The notes beneath the pieces were generated by a model that was given only the letters and a program-made list of their open reading frames with translations, did not search any database and was not told the DNA's origin. A DNA stretch of 64,000 nucleotides from Bdellovibrionota bacterium (GTDB taxonomy: Bacteria > Bdellovibrionota > UBA1018 > CAIPTA01 > JAALKR01): NCBI GenBank assembly GCA_965207455.1, contig CBDBMJ010000001.1, forward strand, positions 160,001 through 224,000, in the 5' to 3' direction. Made by a program: the position numbers and the translations under genes. This document shows positions 9,979 through 19,644 of the stretch, piece after piece (position 1 is the stretch's first letter; each line of letters opens with the position of its first letter).

Positions 9979-10329
9979 TCAGCAGGCCGCTTCTTTTACC
10001 AGTTCTCTCGGAGCATCTTTCCAGAGTCTCTCCAAGTCGTAGAAATCTCGTATATCTTCTTGGAATATGTGTACCATCACATCTCCGAAGTCGAGGATAG
10101 CCCACCTAGCTTCTCCAAAGCCCTCTGTCTTGGCTCTCTTGCCCTTTTTTCGTAGGGTGCGTTCCAGGTGCTCTGAGATGGTGCGTACGTGGGGTTCCGA
10201 CGTTGCACTCATTAGGACGAAATAGTCCGCAATGGAGGAAGTTATATTGAGTATCACTATGTTAAAGGCTTTTTTCTCTAGGGCAATTTGTGCGCAATCT
10301 TTTGCTAGTGCGTGTATTTCTTGTTCCAT
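9979..10329 (-). CDS. rsfS: Ribosome silencing factor
   Basis: EKKA, W..LDFGDVMVHIF..R.FYDLERLW. Confidence 0.9.
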   Translation of the reverse strand: MEQEIHALAKDCAQIALEKKAFNIVILNITSSIADYFVLMSATSEPHVRTISEHLERTLRKKGKRAKTEGFGEARWAILDFGDVMVHIFQEDIRDFYDLERLWKDAPRELVKEAAC

Positions 10330-10334
10330 TTTTT

Positions 10335-10937
10335 TTACCTACCATAGGGGGCAGTGCCATGCAATGCAAAGTGCTGGGAAAGGGCTGGGGGTAGGGCATT
10401 TTGAGGAATTCTTTTTTGCGACAGTTCCTCTCGCACCTGAGTGGAGGAGAGGGGATTTGCAGGCATATGGATTATTTCTCCTCCATGCTTGGGTGCTTGG
10501 TTTTGCTCTATGTTTTGTTTTGTCTTTCGACGGACGGTCAGTATTTGGCATAATTCCTCGATAATTTTCCATTCCTTCCAGAGAGTCATATCCTCGTCTG
10601 CGCCCACGATCCAGAACAGGCGATCCCTTGTCGCCTTCATTTGGTGACAAAGGCGAAGTGTATCCACTGTAAAGCTTTTTTTCTCTTGGATCTCGATGGA
10701 CCAGATGGAAAAGGGGGTGTCTTGGAGGGCTAGGTGGAGAAAATGGAGTCGCTCTTGGGGGGAGGCTATGGGATCTTGCTTATGGGGATTTTTATAGCAA
10801 GGGAGGAAGTAGACAGTGTCCAGTGATGGACCGTGGTCGAGGCAATACTGGGCTACTTGTAAGTGCCCTAGGTGAGGGGGGTTGAAGCTGCCTCCCAAGA
10901 GTGCCACCCGTTTGGAGAAGTTCGGAGTTTTGATCAT
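10335..10937 (-). CDS. nadD: Nicotinate-nucleotide adenylyltransferase
   Basis: GGSFNPPHLGH, SFTVDTL, IVGAD, SSTQVR. Confidence 0.9.
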   Translation of the reverse strand: MIKTPNFSKRVALLGGSFNPPHLGHLQVAQYCLDHGPSLDTVYFLPCYKNPHKQDPIASPQERLHFLHLALQDTPFSIWSIEIQEKKSFTVDTLRLCHQMKATRDRLFWIVGADEDMTLWKEWKIIEELCQILTVRRKTKQNIEQNQAPKHGGEIIHMPANPLSSTQVREELSQKRIPQNALPPALSQHFALHGTAPYGR

Positions 10938-11932
10938 ATTTTTTTTAGTTGGTTAAAACATAAATACATTAATTCTTGCACGCCAGATCCTGTGGCCACG
11001 GAGATTTTCCGGTATGTTTTTTGTTCTTTTTCCAGCTTGGCACAGAAGGAGTCCAGCGGCTGGGTATTTTGATGGGCGTCCATTTTATTAAAAACGATAA
11101 TTTCTGGGCGGTCCTGAAGGGAGTGACGAAAGGAGAGGAGTTCCTTGCGGATGGAATAATAGGTTTCTTCCGGGTCTGTTTCGTCGGCCACGTCGACAAG
11201 ATGGATGAGGAGTCGGCTTCTTTCTAGGTGACGTAAAAAGCGGGTCCCCAATCCCACTCCTTGGCTCGCACCTTCCAGAAGTCCGGGGATATCGGCGATT
11301 ACGAAGTTTTCATAGTCGGAAACTTTCACCACGCCTAAGTTGGGAGTGAGTGTGGTGAAGGGATAGTCTGCAATTTTTGGTCGAGCAGCAGAGACTTTAG
11401 AAATTAAGCTGGATTTTCCCGCATTGGGTTTTCCAATGATGGCCACGTCTGCAAGTAATTTTAGTTCCAAGTATAGAGAGCGACTTTCTCCTACTTTTCC
11501 GGGTTGAGCAAATTGGGGAGCTTGGTAGCGAGAACTTTTGAAGTGCATATTGCCCTTCCCACCCTGTCCACCTTCACAGATGAGAATAGGAGGCTCGTTC
11601 TGTTTTGTTATGTCCGAGAGTAAGATGCTTTTTTCCGTATCGCGTACCATGGTTCCAAGGGGAACATGTAAGTAAATATCCTCTCCCTTGCGTCCATTTT
11701 TTTGCGCTCCTGAACCGCGGGTGCCATTGTCTGCTAAGTATTTTTTCTTTAAACGAAAGTTTAGGAGTGTATTAATACTGGGATCGGGAACTAGGAATAC
11801 GGAGCCACCTCGTCCTCCCTCTCCTCCATCGGGACCGCCCATGGGGACATACTTTTCTCGACGGAAACTAACCGCTCCAGCTCCCCCATTACCAGCGCGT
11901 ACTTGAATTTTTGCTTCGTCTATAAAGTTCAT
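10934..11932 (-). CDS. obgE: GTPase ObgE/CgtA
   Basis: Gly-rich Obg fold, GKPNAGKS, DIPG, NKMD. Confidence 0.95.
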   Translation of the reverse strand: MNFIDEAKIQVRAGNGGAGAVSFRREKYVPMGGPDGGEGGRGGSVFLVPDPSINTLLNFRLKKKYLADNGTRGSGAQKNGRKGEDIYLHVPLGTMVRDTEKSILLSDITKQNEPPILICEGGQGGKGNMHFKSSRYQAPQFAQPGKVGESRSLYLELKLLADVAIIGKPNAGKSSLISKVSAARPKIADYPFTTLTPNLGVVKVSDYENFVIADIPGLLEGASQGVGLGTRFLRHLERSRLLIHLVDVADETDPEETYYSIRKELLSFRHSLQDRPEIIVFNKMDAHQNTQPLDSFCAKLEKEQKTYRKISVATGSGVQELMYLCFNQLKKI

Positions 11933-11967
11933 GGGAAATTACCAGATCGACCCTTCGTAAAAGAACC

Positions 11968-12228
11968 CTAGGCTGTTTTCGGGTATACGGATATTTTTTT
12001 TCGCTTTCGGCTGACTTGTTCAAATCGAACCACACCAGCGATTTTAGAAAAAATAGTATAATCCCTACCTAAGCCCACATTTTCTCCTGGATGGAATACG
12101 GTGCCCACTTGGCGAACAAGAATATTCCCTGCCTTTACCATTTCTCCTCCAAAGCGCTTTACTCCGCGCATTTTAGGGTTACTATCACGTCCGTTTTTCG
12201 AACTTCCGCCTGCTTTTTTTGTAGCCAT
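11968..12228 (-). CDS. rpmA: 50S ribosomal protein L27
   Basis: [16 protein letters not shown]. Confidence 0.97.
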   Translation of the reverse strand: MATKKAGGSSKNGRDSNPKMRGVKRFGGEMVKAGNILVRQVGTVFHPGENVGLGRDYTIFSKIAGVVRFEQVSRKRKKISVYPKTA

Positions 12229-12243
12229 GGGTAGCCTCTCTTT

Positions 12244-12795
12244 CTATTTTGCTGTTTTGTTTCTTGGAGTTTTTCTTGTTTTTTTCTTTGCTGTTTTCCC
12301 TGTTTTTTTCTTTGGTGCTCTTTTTTTCACTGCTGCTTTGGGAGATTTTTCCTTAGCCCGTACGGTTTTAGAACTTCTCTTTACTTTTTCCACCGGCTCT
12401 TTTTCCACACGAGCATCCCGTAGGGCAAAGCCCACACGCTTCATAATTTGCTCGCGCTCTTGTGCAGAAAGGGTTTCTTTTTTGTCGCCATTAACGGCTG
12501 TAATTAGTAGGCGAGAATAGATTTGGCGATGACCAATTTTTCGTTTAAATTGCTGACGACGTTTTTTATGAAAGGGATAAAGCTTTTCCCCCTTCTCCAC
12601 AGCAACCACTTCCACAAGGACGGAAGCCCCTTTCACATAAGGAGTGCCTACCTGCACTTGAGCACCCTCTCCCACGAGAAGGATATCCGAAAAGGTTTTT
12701 TTCTCTCCAAAATCTTCTGGAAGGAGCTCCACCTGCACGGTATCCCCCTTTTGCACCTTGTATTGCTTGCCACCTGTTTCTATCACTGCATACAT
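12244..12795 (-). CDS. rplU: 50S ribosomal protein L21 with Lys-rich C-terminal extension
   Basis: [18 protein letters not shown]; upstream of rpmA. Confidence 0.95.
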   Translation of the reverse strand: MYAVIETGGKQYKVQKGDTVQVELLPEDFGEKKTFSDILLVGEGAQVQVGTPYVKGASVLVEVVAVEKGEKLYPFHKKRRQQFKRKIGHRQIYSRLLITAVNGDKKETLSAQEREQIMKRVGFALRDARVEKEPVEKVKRSSKTVRAKEKSPKAAVKKRAPKKKTGKTAKKKTRKTPRNKTAK

Positions 12796-12915
12796 AAGAA
12801 AGTCCTCGGTCGGTTTAATAACAACCTACAGTACTGATACCAAGCTTGACTGTCAAGCATTTTATTTGGGTTTTTGACGCTATGCAGTATACTCTAAAAA
12901 AGCAGATGAAAGCAA

Positions 12916-13500
12916 TTACCTAGCGAGCAACTGATCCATCTCTACGCCAAAAGCATCTGCCAAACGCTTCAATGTTTTGAACTGAGGCTTGTGCTTACCT
13001 TTTTCTATGATGGAGATATACCTTCTGTCGATGCCCGTCAGATCAGCAACATCTTGCTGCGTCTCTAAATTCAATTTAGCCTTTAATGCCTTGTAGTTTT
13101 TGATGAAAGTGCCGATCTCTTGCTGCAACTCTGCTTTAGCCGTCTTGCCCTCATCCGTATCCAAGAATTTAGCCCTAGCCCCTTCAACACTTAAACTGTC
13201 CTCACTCAATCCATAACGACCATCGGCTAGGCTTTGTATAGCCCCTATCACTTCAGAGGCTGTTTCTATGATCTCATTAACTTCGTTCTTGTCTGGCTTT
13301 TCTTTTTTCTTTATCTCCTGCAATAGTCCCATCAATTCCGATAGGTTTTGGTGGTGCTTTTTTAAATTGCCGTACTTCTCCTCTGCCTCTTTGAATACTT
13401 CTGCTGAAGTTGTGAACTGCTTTTTACACCACACGATTAACGAGTTAACGTTCATGCTTTCTGGAGGGGCACTGAAAAGCTTTCTACTTGATTCATCCAT
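12916..13500 (-). CDS. XRE-family HTH regulator (C-terminal HTH, helical N-terminus)
   Basis: TQQDVADLTGIDRRYISIIEKGKHKPQFKTLKRLADAFGV. Confidence 0.85.
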   Translation of the reverse strand: MDESSRKLFSAPPESMNVNSLIVWCKKQFTTSAEVFKEAEEKYGNLKKHHQNLSELMGLLQEIKKKEKPDKNEVNEIIETASEVIGAIQSLADGRYGLSEDSLSVEGARAKFLDTDEGKTAKAELQQEIGTFIKNYKALKAKLNLETQQDVADLTGIDRRYISIIEKGKHKPQFKTLKRLADAFGVEMDQLLAR

Positions 13501-13510
13501 TTTTTTATCT

Positions 13511-13575
13511 CTATAAAGTCTCCGTATAAACTACTATGCTATAAAGTGCTATAAAAATCTAGATAGTGCTATAAA
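13511..13575. repeat. Phased direct repeats (TG)CTATAAA upstream of the XRE gene
   Basis: TGCTATAAA at 13537, 13547 and 13567; partial copies at 13511 and 13524. Confidence 0.7.
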
Positions 13576-13777
13576 ATATTCGGGTATTGAAAAGTTTTTT
13601 GATTTTCAGGTGCTTGGAGTTTTTCCACTCTCAATGATCACTGGTGATATGGATAGGAAGCACTGATTTTTTAAAATTAGTTGGATAGCTCTATTTTAAA
13701 TCCTATAAATATGTTGAAAATGACTATCGTGCGATGTCCATGACTAGAAACTGAAAGTTGTTACTCGTGTGAGCCTC

Positions 13778-14521
13778 CTAGATTTCTAAAAGTTCTGGTT
13801 GAATATCGCTATTTTTTACTGGAACCAAAAGCACTGTATTTTTGTAAGTCTTATTATAGCGAATCCAGTCATCAGTATGGTCTTTAAGCCAATCAGAATA
13901 TTCATCCCCAACGAGATTGTTCCTTAGAATAGTATTTGCCTCTCTCGGATCCTCAACAACATAAAAGTATGAATGACATCCGTTGGACTTATATTCTTCA
14001 ATGCTGTTACGCAGTTTTGCTGTAATCCCTCTATCTAATCGTTCAGACTTTGAATACTCAAGCCTCTGTTCATCACTTATTGAAGGATAGTTGCACTTTT
14101 CACTTACAGTTTTGTATTGCCCAAGGAGTCCCTTTCCTTCAAGATTGTCTAGTTCTTCTGGAATTGGTTTTCCAGCAGTAAATTGGGCGATCTGTTTTGG
14201 AAATATATCATTTTCAGCAGCTCCAGCCTCAGAGGGATAAGCAAGAATAGTAATAAAAGAAAAAATAGAAACACCAAAAAAAGTCCAACCTGCGAATGCA
14301 GTGAGTTTTGATGTAGATTCTGTTAGTATTAATCCACTAATCATTAGTGCGGCAGAAAGGACCCTCGTGAGATTTTGGGTTTTTCTAGTGAGGTGTCTGT
14401 TTCTTGCGCTGTCATCATCATTAGTACAACTAGAATATGTATCTGTAAATGCATATGCATGTTGCGGGCTAATTAAAGCTAGGCAAACCAGCACTGTTAG
14501 TATATTTTTTGTTATTTTCAT
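13778..14521 (-). CDS. Distant member of the secreted two-TM orphan family
   Basis: Signal CLALISPQHAYA; two TMs; SEKC..Y.SNGC..VLLVPV matches the family C-terminal domain. Confidence 0.75.
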   Translation of the reverse strand: MKITKNILTVLVCLALISPQHAYAFTDTYSSCTNDDDSARNRHLTRKTQNLTRVLSAALMISGLILTESTSKLTAFAGWTFFGVSIFSFITILAYPSEAGAAENDIFPKQIAQFTAGKPIPEELDNLEGKGLLGQYKTVSEKCNYPSISDEQRLEYSKSERLDRGITAKLRNSIEEYKSNGCHSYFYVVEDPREANTILRNNLVGDEYSDWLKDHTDDWIRYNKTYKNTVLLVPVKNSDIQPELLEI

Positions 14522-14707
14522 TTTCTTGTCTCCTTTTTGGTTAAATTTGTACTGCCAAAAACTCACCATGTGCTTACGTTCAGTTTATGCATTATGTCAT
14601 AACTGCTCTATTCAGTCAAGTGTTGTTTTGGGTCATTTTGATTTTTTCTCTAAGTATCTGAATTTACTAATGAAAAACGTCAAAAGAATGGCTTTGAGGG
14701 CAGTGAA

Positions 14708-15718
14708 TTATGGGTGACAGGAGCAGCGGAAGCCAATTTGTGTTGATGGAAGGTTTGTTGTGAAGTCGAGTTTTGTGGTGAAAATTCCAGATTGTTTAAT
14801 AGCAATACCTCCATTACTATCGGACCAGTTTCCTCCACGAACAACGGCTCCGCCTTGAGGAAGATCGGTATCGTTGGGGTCGTAGGTTAAGTTACCGAAA
14901 CCTAGACCACCGCCGAAATTTGTACATGAGGAGTAATCCGCTGCTGGACCAAACTGGTCATGGGCATTTCTTTTTCTACCTGAAACGCCGTCAATGCTTA
15001 GTCTTCCTCGAATTGTATATGCTCGTGATGGATCGGGGTTTGTTCGTACCACAAGGGAGATATAGTTATTGGGACCATAAATTATATTATTATCGTCCTT
15101 GACCCACTCGGAAAGGTTTCCTGCAAGATCCCATATCACTTCTCCATTGGAAAGGGTATGGGTTCGTGCTTGAAGGTCGAAATCTCCCACACATTCCCCG
15201 CTAGTGTTGGTGCCAAGGCAAGGTTGGTCGTCGTTTGCTGAGGCGGCTAGGGCTTTGTTAGGAGAGCCGTCCGAGTGACCCAGTGGTAAGGTATGGCTGG
15301 ATACATCTGCGCTTGAATCTCCATCACTCCAATTTTGTCCAACCAGTATGGCATCTCTAGCTACAGCCTGCCACTCATCGTTTGTGATAAGATCATATTG
15401 GCTACCAAGGGCTTGGCATTTTTCAATAGCATCGTTACGGTTGATAATAGACCAAGGGGTGCCAGCTGCTTGGGAGACAGCCTTGCCGTCACTATTTTTC
15501 ATTTCATATTTTGCGACACAGACAATTCTATTGGTATACCCAGCTAAAGCTGGAACAGGTATAAATCCCGTACCACATAACAATTCATCTGGAGACTCAG
15601 CATCTCGACAGCGATCAGTAGGTTGAGGGAAGAGGCGAATGGCATCGCCGCCACAGCTAAAGAGTATAAAGGTGATCGCCATAAGGGTTAGCGGTCTGGA
15701 ATATTTTTTCTGTATCAT
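14708..15718 (-). CDS. Lipoprotein with FGE-sulfatase/C-type-lectin-fold domain
   Basis: Lipobox LFSC; CVAKYEMK, LITNDEW, IWDLAGNLSEWV, RGGNW..IGFRC. Confidence 0.8.
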   Translation of the reverse strand: MIQKKYSRPLTLMAITFILFSCGGDAIRLFPQPTDRCRDAESPDELLCGTGFIPVPALAGYTNRIVCVAKYEMKNSDGKAVSQAAGTPWSIINRNDAIEKCQALGSQYDLITNDEWQAVARDAILVGQNWSDGDSSADVSSHTLPLGHSDGSPNKALAASANDDQPCLGTNTSGECVGDFDLQARTHTLSNGEVIWDLAGNLSEWVKDDNNIIYGPNNYISLVVRTNPDPSRAYTIRGRLSIDGVSGRKRNAHDQFGPAADYSSCTNFGGGLGFGNLTYDPNDTDLPQGGAVVRGGNWSDSNGGIAIKQSGIFTTKLDFTTNLPSTQIGFRCSCHP

Positions 15719-15806
15719 TGCTCTTTCTCTCCATTTCTTTCTATTATTTTTTTATTTGAAAAAATTATTATATAGTATAATTAAATTTTAACATATCTGC
15801 GGCTAC

Positions 15807-17581
15807 TTGTGAAACGGAGAGAATTCGTGTCAAAGAAAAAATAAATACAAGAAACGGTGTTGAAAAATTCTTCATTTGAACCCCAATACCGTGTATGAAA
15901 AATAATCATGCGTTTTGATCAAAAATAATTTAACCTTTTAGAATGTTTCCTGATCTACCAATAATAAAAAATGATAAGAAAAAGACGATTGAATCACTGA
16001 AGAAGGGCATTATAGAGTCTGTTAGAATAAGCCAAAAAATGCCGGTCGATTCCATTGCCAAGTATGCTCTCGATGCAGGGTTCTTGCAGGATGTATTAAA
16101 GTCCTTTCCTGATCCAAGAAAAAGATACGAAGTTCCTATTGAGTTTCTTTTATTAGCGCAGATTATTCAACGGCTAAATGATGAACACTCGTTAGTTTCA
16201 GCGCCTTATATGTTAAATTCAGCAGAGCTTATAGCTAAATTAAGATACTCAGCCAAAGTGCTGGAAGAGGGGTTTAATGGAAAAAATAAGTACCCTAGAG
16301 AAGCTGCATTTCATGGAGAGACTCTAAAACACGTCTTACTATCAACTAAGGCAGAGGATATAGTAGATTGGTTTAATGGTATCCTAAATAATATATTCAA
16401 AGAGCAGTCGGTTGGAAGAACTCATCACTATATTATTGATGGAACTAAGTTACATGTTCCAAAACATCTTTTCGAAAGTTTTCAAGGTGCTGGAGTTTTA
16501 AAAAATGCTGAGAATGATTCTGAGTATGGATATAAGGTTGTCTGGATTCAAGAAATTATTGACCGAAAGGGAGTTATTCGTGCAATGAAATTTGCCCCTA
16601 TCAATGAGCATGACCTCACCCTTGGAAGAGAGCTGGTAAAGGACTTTAATTTTGAAAGAGATTCCGTTTTAATCATGGATAGAGGTTTTTTAGATAGCAA
16701 ATGGATAACCTCTTTAAAGCAGGATCGTGGAATTGATGTCTGCATTCCCTTAAAAAAGAGTTTAGAGGTAAGTAAATACGCAGTTGCTGAAGCTTTGGCA
16801 GAAAATAAATGGGCACCTCACCCCACAAGACACAAACAAAGAATAAAGGAACTTAAGGAGGACGATTTGGACTGGAAATCGTTTTCTGTATTTAAAAGTG
16901 GTGTATTAGTTAATTTTACAAAGAGAAACGGTGAGGAAGAAAACATTATTTTTGCAGATACTAGGAAAAATAAATCAGCAAAGGCAGTTTTAAGCACGTA
17001 TGACTTGCGCACAGAAATTGAAGAATCTCACCGCCAAATGAAGTGCTTTCAGGGACTAGAGAAACTACCTTCCAAAAAATACACCCAGGTTGTCTTTAGG
17101 GTTGTAATGGGAACGATTGCTTACAACCTTTTCAATCTCTTTCTTAACTCGGAAGAGTGTGAATCACTTGATGATTTCACATTAAAAACATACAGGCAAA
17201 AGCGACCAGAGGAGAAAAACCCTGATATTATCGTGTATACAGAAACAACCTTTGCTATCATGAAAACTTTTGACTTTATGCGATTGATCCTCTCATTCAA
17301 AAAGGAGATTCAGAAAAAGTTAATAAAGATTTTCGATGACCTATCAACAGAGATACATTCCACCGCGTACGGTTAGATCATTTTTAAGCTATTCCCAGAA
17401 TTAATTTTAGAAAAATCCTTTTTCTCTGGATTCTATTATTCAATTTAGTAAACAGCAGTGAAATTCATAGGCTAAAGTAGCCTGAACGGGTAACTTAGAG
17501 ATAAATATGGATGTAGCTTGATTCCTATACCCATAAAAATGGAGTTTGAGCAAGGATGATGCACTTATTTCCGTTTCACAG
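15807..17581 (+). mobile_element. IS4-family insertion sequence
   Basis: Terminal inverted repeats TGTGAAACGGA (15808-15818 / 17570-17580); 10-bp target duplication CTGCGGCTAC at 15797-15806 and 17582-17591. Confidence 0.9.
15943..17376 (+). CDS. DDE transposase (IS4 family)
   Basis: IIDGT, MDRGF and Y-x2-R-x3-E-x6-K (YDLRTEIEESHRQMK) signature. Confidence 0.9.
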   Translation: MFPDLPIIKNDKKKTIESLKKGIIESVRISQKMPVDSIAKYALDAGFLQDVLKSFPDPRKRYEVPIEFLLLAQIIQRLNDEHSLVSAPYMLNSAELIAKLRYSAKVLEEGFNGKNKYPREAAFHGETLKHVLLSTKAEDIVDWFNGILNNIFKEQSVGRTHHYIIDGTKLHVPKHLFESFQGAGVLKNAENDSEYGYKVVWIQEIIDRKGVIRAMKFAPINEHDLTLGRELVKDFNFERDSVLIMDRGFLDSKWITSLKQDRGIDVCIPLKKSLEVSKYAVAEALAENKWAPHPTRHKQRIKELKEDDLDWKSFSVFKSGVLVNFTKRNGEEENIIFADTRKNKSAKAVLSTYDLRTEIEESHRQMKCFQGLEKLPSKKYTQVVFRVVMGTIAYNLFNLFLNSEECESLDDFTLKTYRQKRPEEKNPDIIVYTETTFAIMKTFDFMRLILSFKKEIQKKLIKIFDDLSTEIHSTAYG

Positions 17582-17682
17582 CTGCGGCTACATATCTTGA
17601 ATTATTTTTGCGACGAGTTATTTTTATAGAAAGCGGAACATGGCAATGGGTATTTTGCCCTCAAGGGCGTAGTATTAAAGGC

Positions 17683-18570
17683 ATGAAAGATCTAGGAACA
17701 TTTACTGCTTGGCTGCGATTAGATAAAGGGCTAGTGGAGACAACAATCAAAGATTATTGCCGTGATCTGGAACAGTGTTTAGAAGTGGTACAAAAAAAAA
17801 GTTTTTTGGGTCCCGAAGATATCCATTTGTTTTTGGTCGATTGCAAAAAGCGTGGACTCAAGAATACCACCATTCAGCGTAAACTCACGAGCCTGCGTAT
17901 GTTTTTCCAGTTTTTGTTGCAGGAAAATCCCGATCTCCCCACCTCTCCCATTTCTTTTATTGACGGTCCTAGAAAAGGTCGCTCTTTGCCGAAAACACTC
18001 ACACGCCAAGAAGTGGATGCTTTGTTGGAGGCACCCGATTGCAGCACATTGGAGGGCATTAGGGATCGCACCATACTGGAACTTATGTACGCCTCTGGCT
18101 TGCGAGTCTCTGAAGTATTGGGGCTAAAGCTTAGCCATATTTTAAAGGAAAAATCTTTATTGCGAGTATTGGGTAAGGGTGGAAAGGAACGGCTAGTGCC
18201 CTATGGAAAAAGCGCAGAGTTTTGGTTGACCCAATACCGTCAAAACGTGCTTCCCCAGCTCAACGTGGGCCTTTCCGTGGATAGACTTTTTGTTGTGAAA
18301 AGGGGAAAAAAGGGAAGCACCATGCCCTACACTCGCCAAGCATTTTGGCTTAGGCTCAAGCACTTGGGCAAAAAAGCAGGCATTGCAAAAAATATTAACC
18401 CCCACATGATTCGCCATTCCTTTGCGACGCATCTCTTAGAGGCTGGTATGAATATACGCTTACTACAAAGCCTATTGGGTCATAGTGATATTAGCACTAC
18501 GCAAATTTATACCCATGTGGAGGAGCAATCCCTACAACGGGATCATCAAAAATTTCACCCCAGAAAATAG
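17683..18570 (+). CDS. xerD: Tyrosine recombinase XerD
   Basis: [45 protein letters not shown]-terminal HPR. Confidence 0.85.
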   Translation: MKDLGTFTAWLRLDKGLVETTIKDYCRDLEQCLEVVQKKSFLGPEDIHLFLVDCKKRGLKNTTIQRKLTSLRMFFQFLLQENPDLPTSPISFIDGPRKGRSLPKTLTRQEVDALLEAPDCSTLEGIRDRTILELMYASGLRVSEVLGLKLSHILKEKSLLRVLGKGGKERLVPYGKSAEFWLTQYRQNVLPQLNVGLSVDRLFVVKRGKKGSTMPYTRQAFWLRLKHLGKKAGIAKNINPHMIRHSFATHLLEAGMNIRLLQSLLGHSDISTTQIYTHVEEQSLQRDHQKFHPRK

Positions 18571-18626
18571 AACTGAAATAAATCTCGCACATTGACAAGC
18601 TGGGCTTACAGTAATAAAACAGAGGT

Positions 18627-18809
18627 ATGTTTATTTGTATCTGCAAGGCGACAACCGACAAAACTATTCGAGAAACTGTGCGTAAGGGTGCGAGCTCCTT
18701 AAGGGATGTGGCAAGTGCCTGTTCCGCTGGTTCGGACTGCGGAATATGTAGGTTTAAGATCCAAAAAATTATAACAGAGACGCTCACGAGTCACAGAAGA
18801 GACAAATAA
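18627..18809 (+). CDS. bfd: Bacterioferritin-associated [2Fe-2S] ferredoxin
   Basis: CxC...CGxC pattern (ICICK..AGSDCGIC). Confidence 0.85.
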   Translation: MFICICKATTDKTIRETVRKGASSLRDVASACSAGSDCGICRFKIQKIITETLTSHRRDK

Positions 18810-18840
18810 ATCTTGTAAAAACAGGTATTTGTAGCAAAAC

Positions 18841-18879
18841 TAGAGGCTGGCATGAATATACGCTTACTGCAAAGTCTAT
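18841..18879 (+). repeat. Copy of an xerD 3' internal fragment (18437-18475)
   Basis: 36 of 39 nt identical by manual alignment. Confidence 0.85.
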
Positions 18880-19020
18880 CAACTCAAAAGTATGAATAGT
18901 ACAGGCCGTAACTCATACAAAATCAAAATAATACTTGACAAATATAGTTTATTACGCTATTATGTATGCAATAATAGCAAATAACAATGAGCGGTCTATA
19001 AAGGCTAAAGGAGTGAAATT

Positions 19021-19392
19021 ATGAAAAAGCAAAATATAGTAACAATTATACTAGTGGCATTTGTCCTGGTGCTATCAACGGTGGGATGTTCTGAAAAAAT
19101 CATTTCAGATGGTGAAAGGGTGAGATATTCCAAAGAAAGCATTGAGGAGGATTGGTCGTTAGAGGATGGTGAGGGTATCGATGTTGATGTTTTAGATTTA
19201 GATGGTGAAAGGGTGAGATATTCCAAAGAAAGCATTGAGGAGGATTGGTCGTTAGAGGATGGTGAGGGTATCGATGTTGATGTTTCAGATTCAGATTCAG
19301 ATAAAGAAGCATCTTCTAGTTGTCGGAGTCGTAGTCGGAGTGATCGTTGGAGTTGGAGTTGGACTTTTAGTTGCTATAAGACTTGGCCCTAG
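19021..19392 (+). CDS. Acidic orphan lipoprotein with 2x31-aa repeat
   Basis: Lipobox TVGC; AAAGGAG RBS; TTGACA-N17-TATTAT promoter at 18935-18963. Confidence 0.7.
   Translation: MKKQNIVTIILVAFVLVLSTVGCSEKIISDGERVRYSKESIEEDWSLEDGEGIDVDVLDLDGERVRYSKESIEEDWSLEDGEGIDVDVSDSDSDKEASSSCRSRSRSDRWSWSWTFSCYKTWP
19107..19292 (+). repeat. 93-bp tandem duplication
   Basis: Near-perfect 2x93 bp encoding DGERVRYSKESIEEDWSLEDGEGIDVDV. Confidence 0.95.
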
Positions 19393-19527
19393 CTCTTTGT
19401 GATGAGGATTAGAACAATTATAGTAATGTTCATGATCCCCGTTTGAACTAGACACCTTCTAACCAAGGGATGCCAGCAATTACCAAAAACTAAAACTAGT
19501 TAAATATTACGCAACCCATGAAGTCAG

Positions 19528-19644
19528 GACAAAACTATTCGAGAAACTGTACGTAAGGGTGCGATCTCCCTAAGGGATGTGGCAAGTGCCTGTTCCGCTG
19601 GTTCGGACTGCGGAATATGTAGGTTTAAGATCCAAAAAATTATA
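19528..19644 (+). repeat. Copy of a bfd internal fragment (18657-18773)
   Basis: 117 nt with 3 mismatches by manual alignment. Confidence 0.95.

Noticed and set aside
19432..19460. Possible IS3-like terminal remnant (TGATCCCCGTTTGAACTAGACACC)
   Set aside because: No partner end or transposase fragment; the similarity is too weak.
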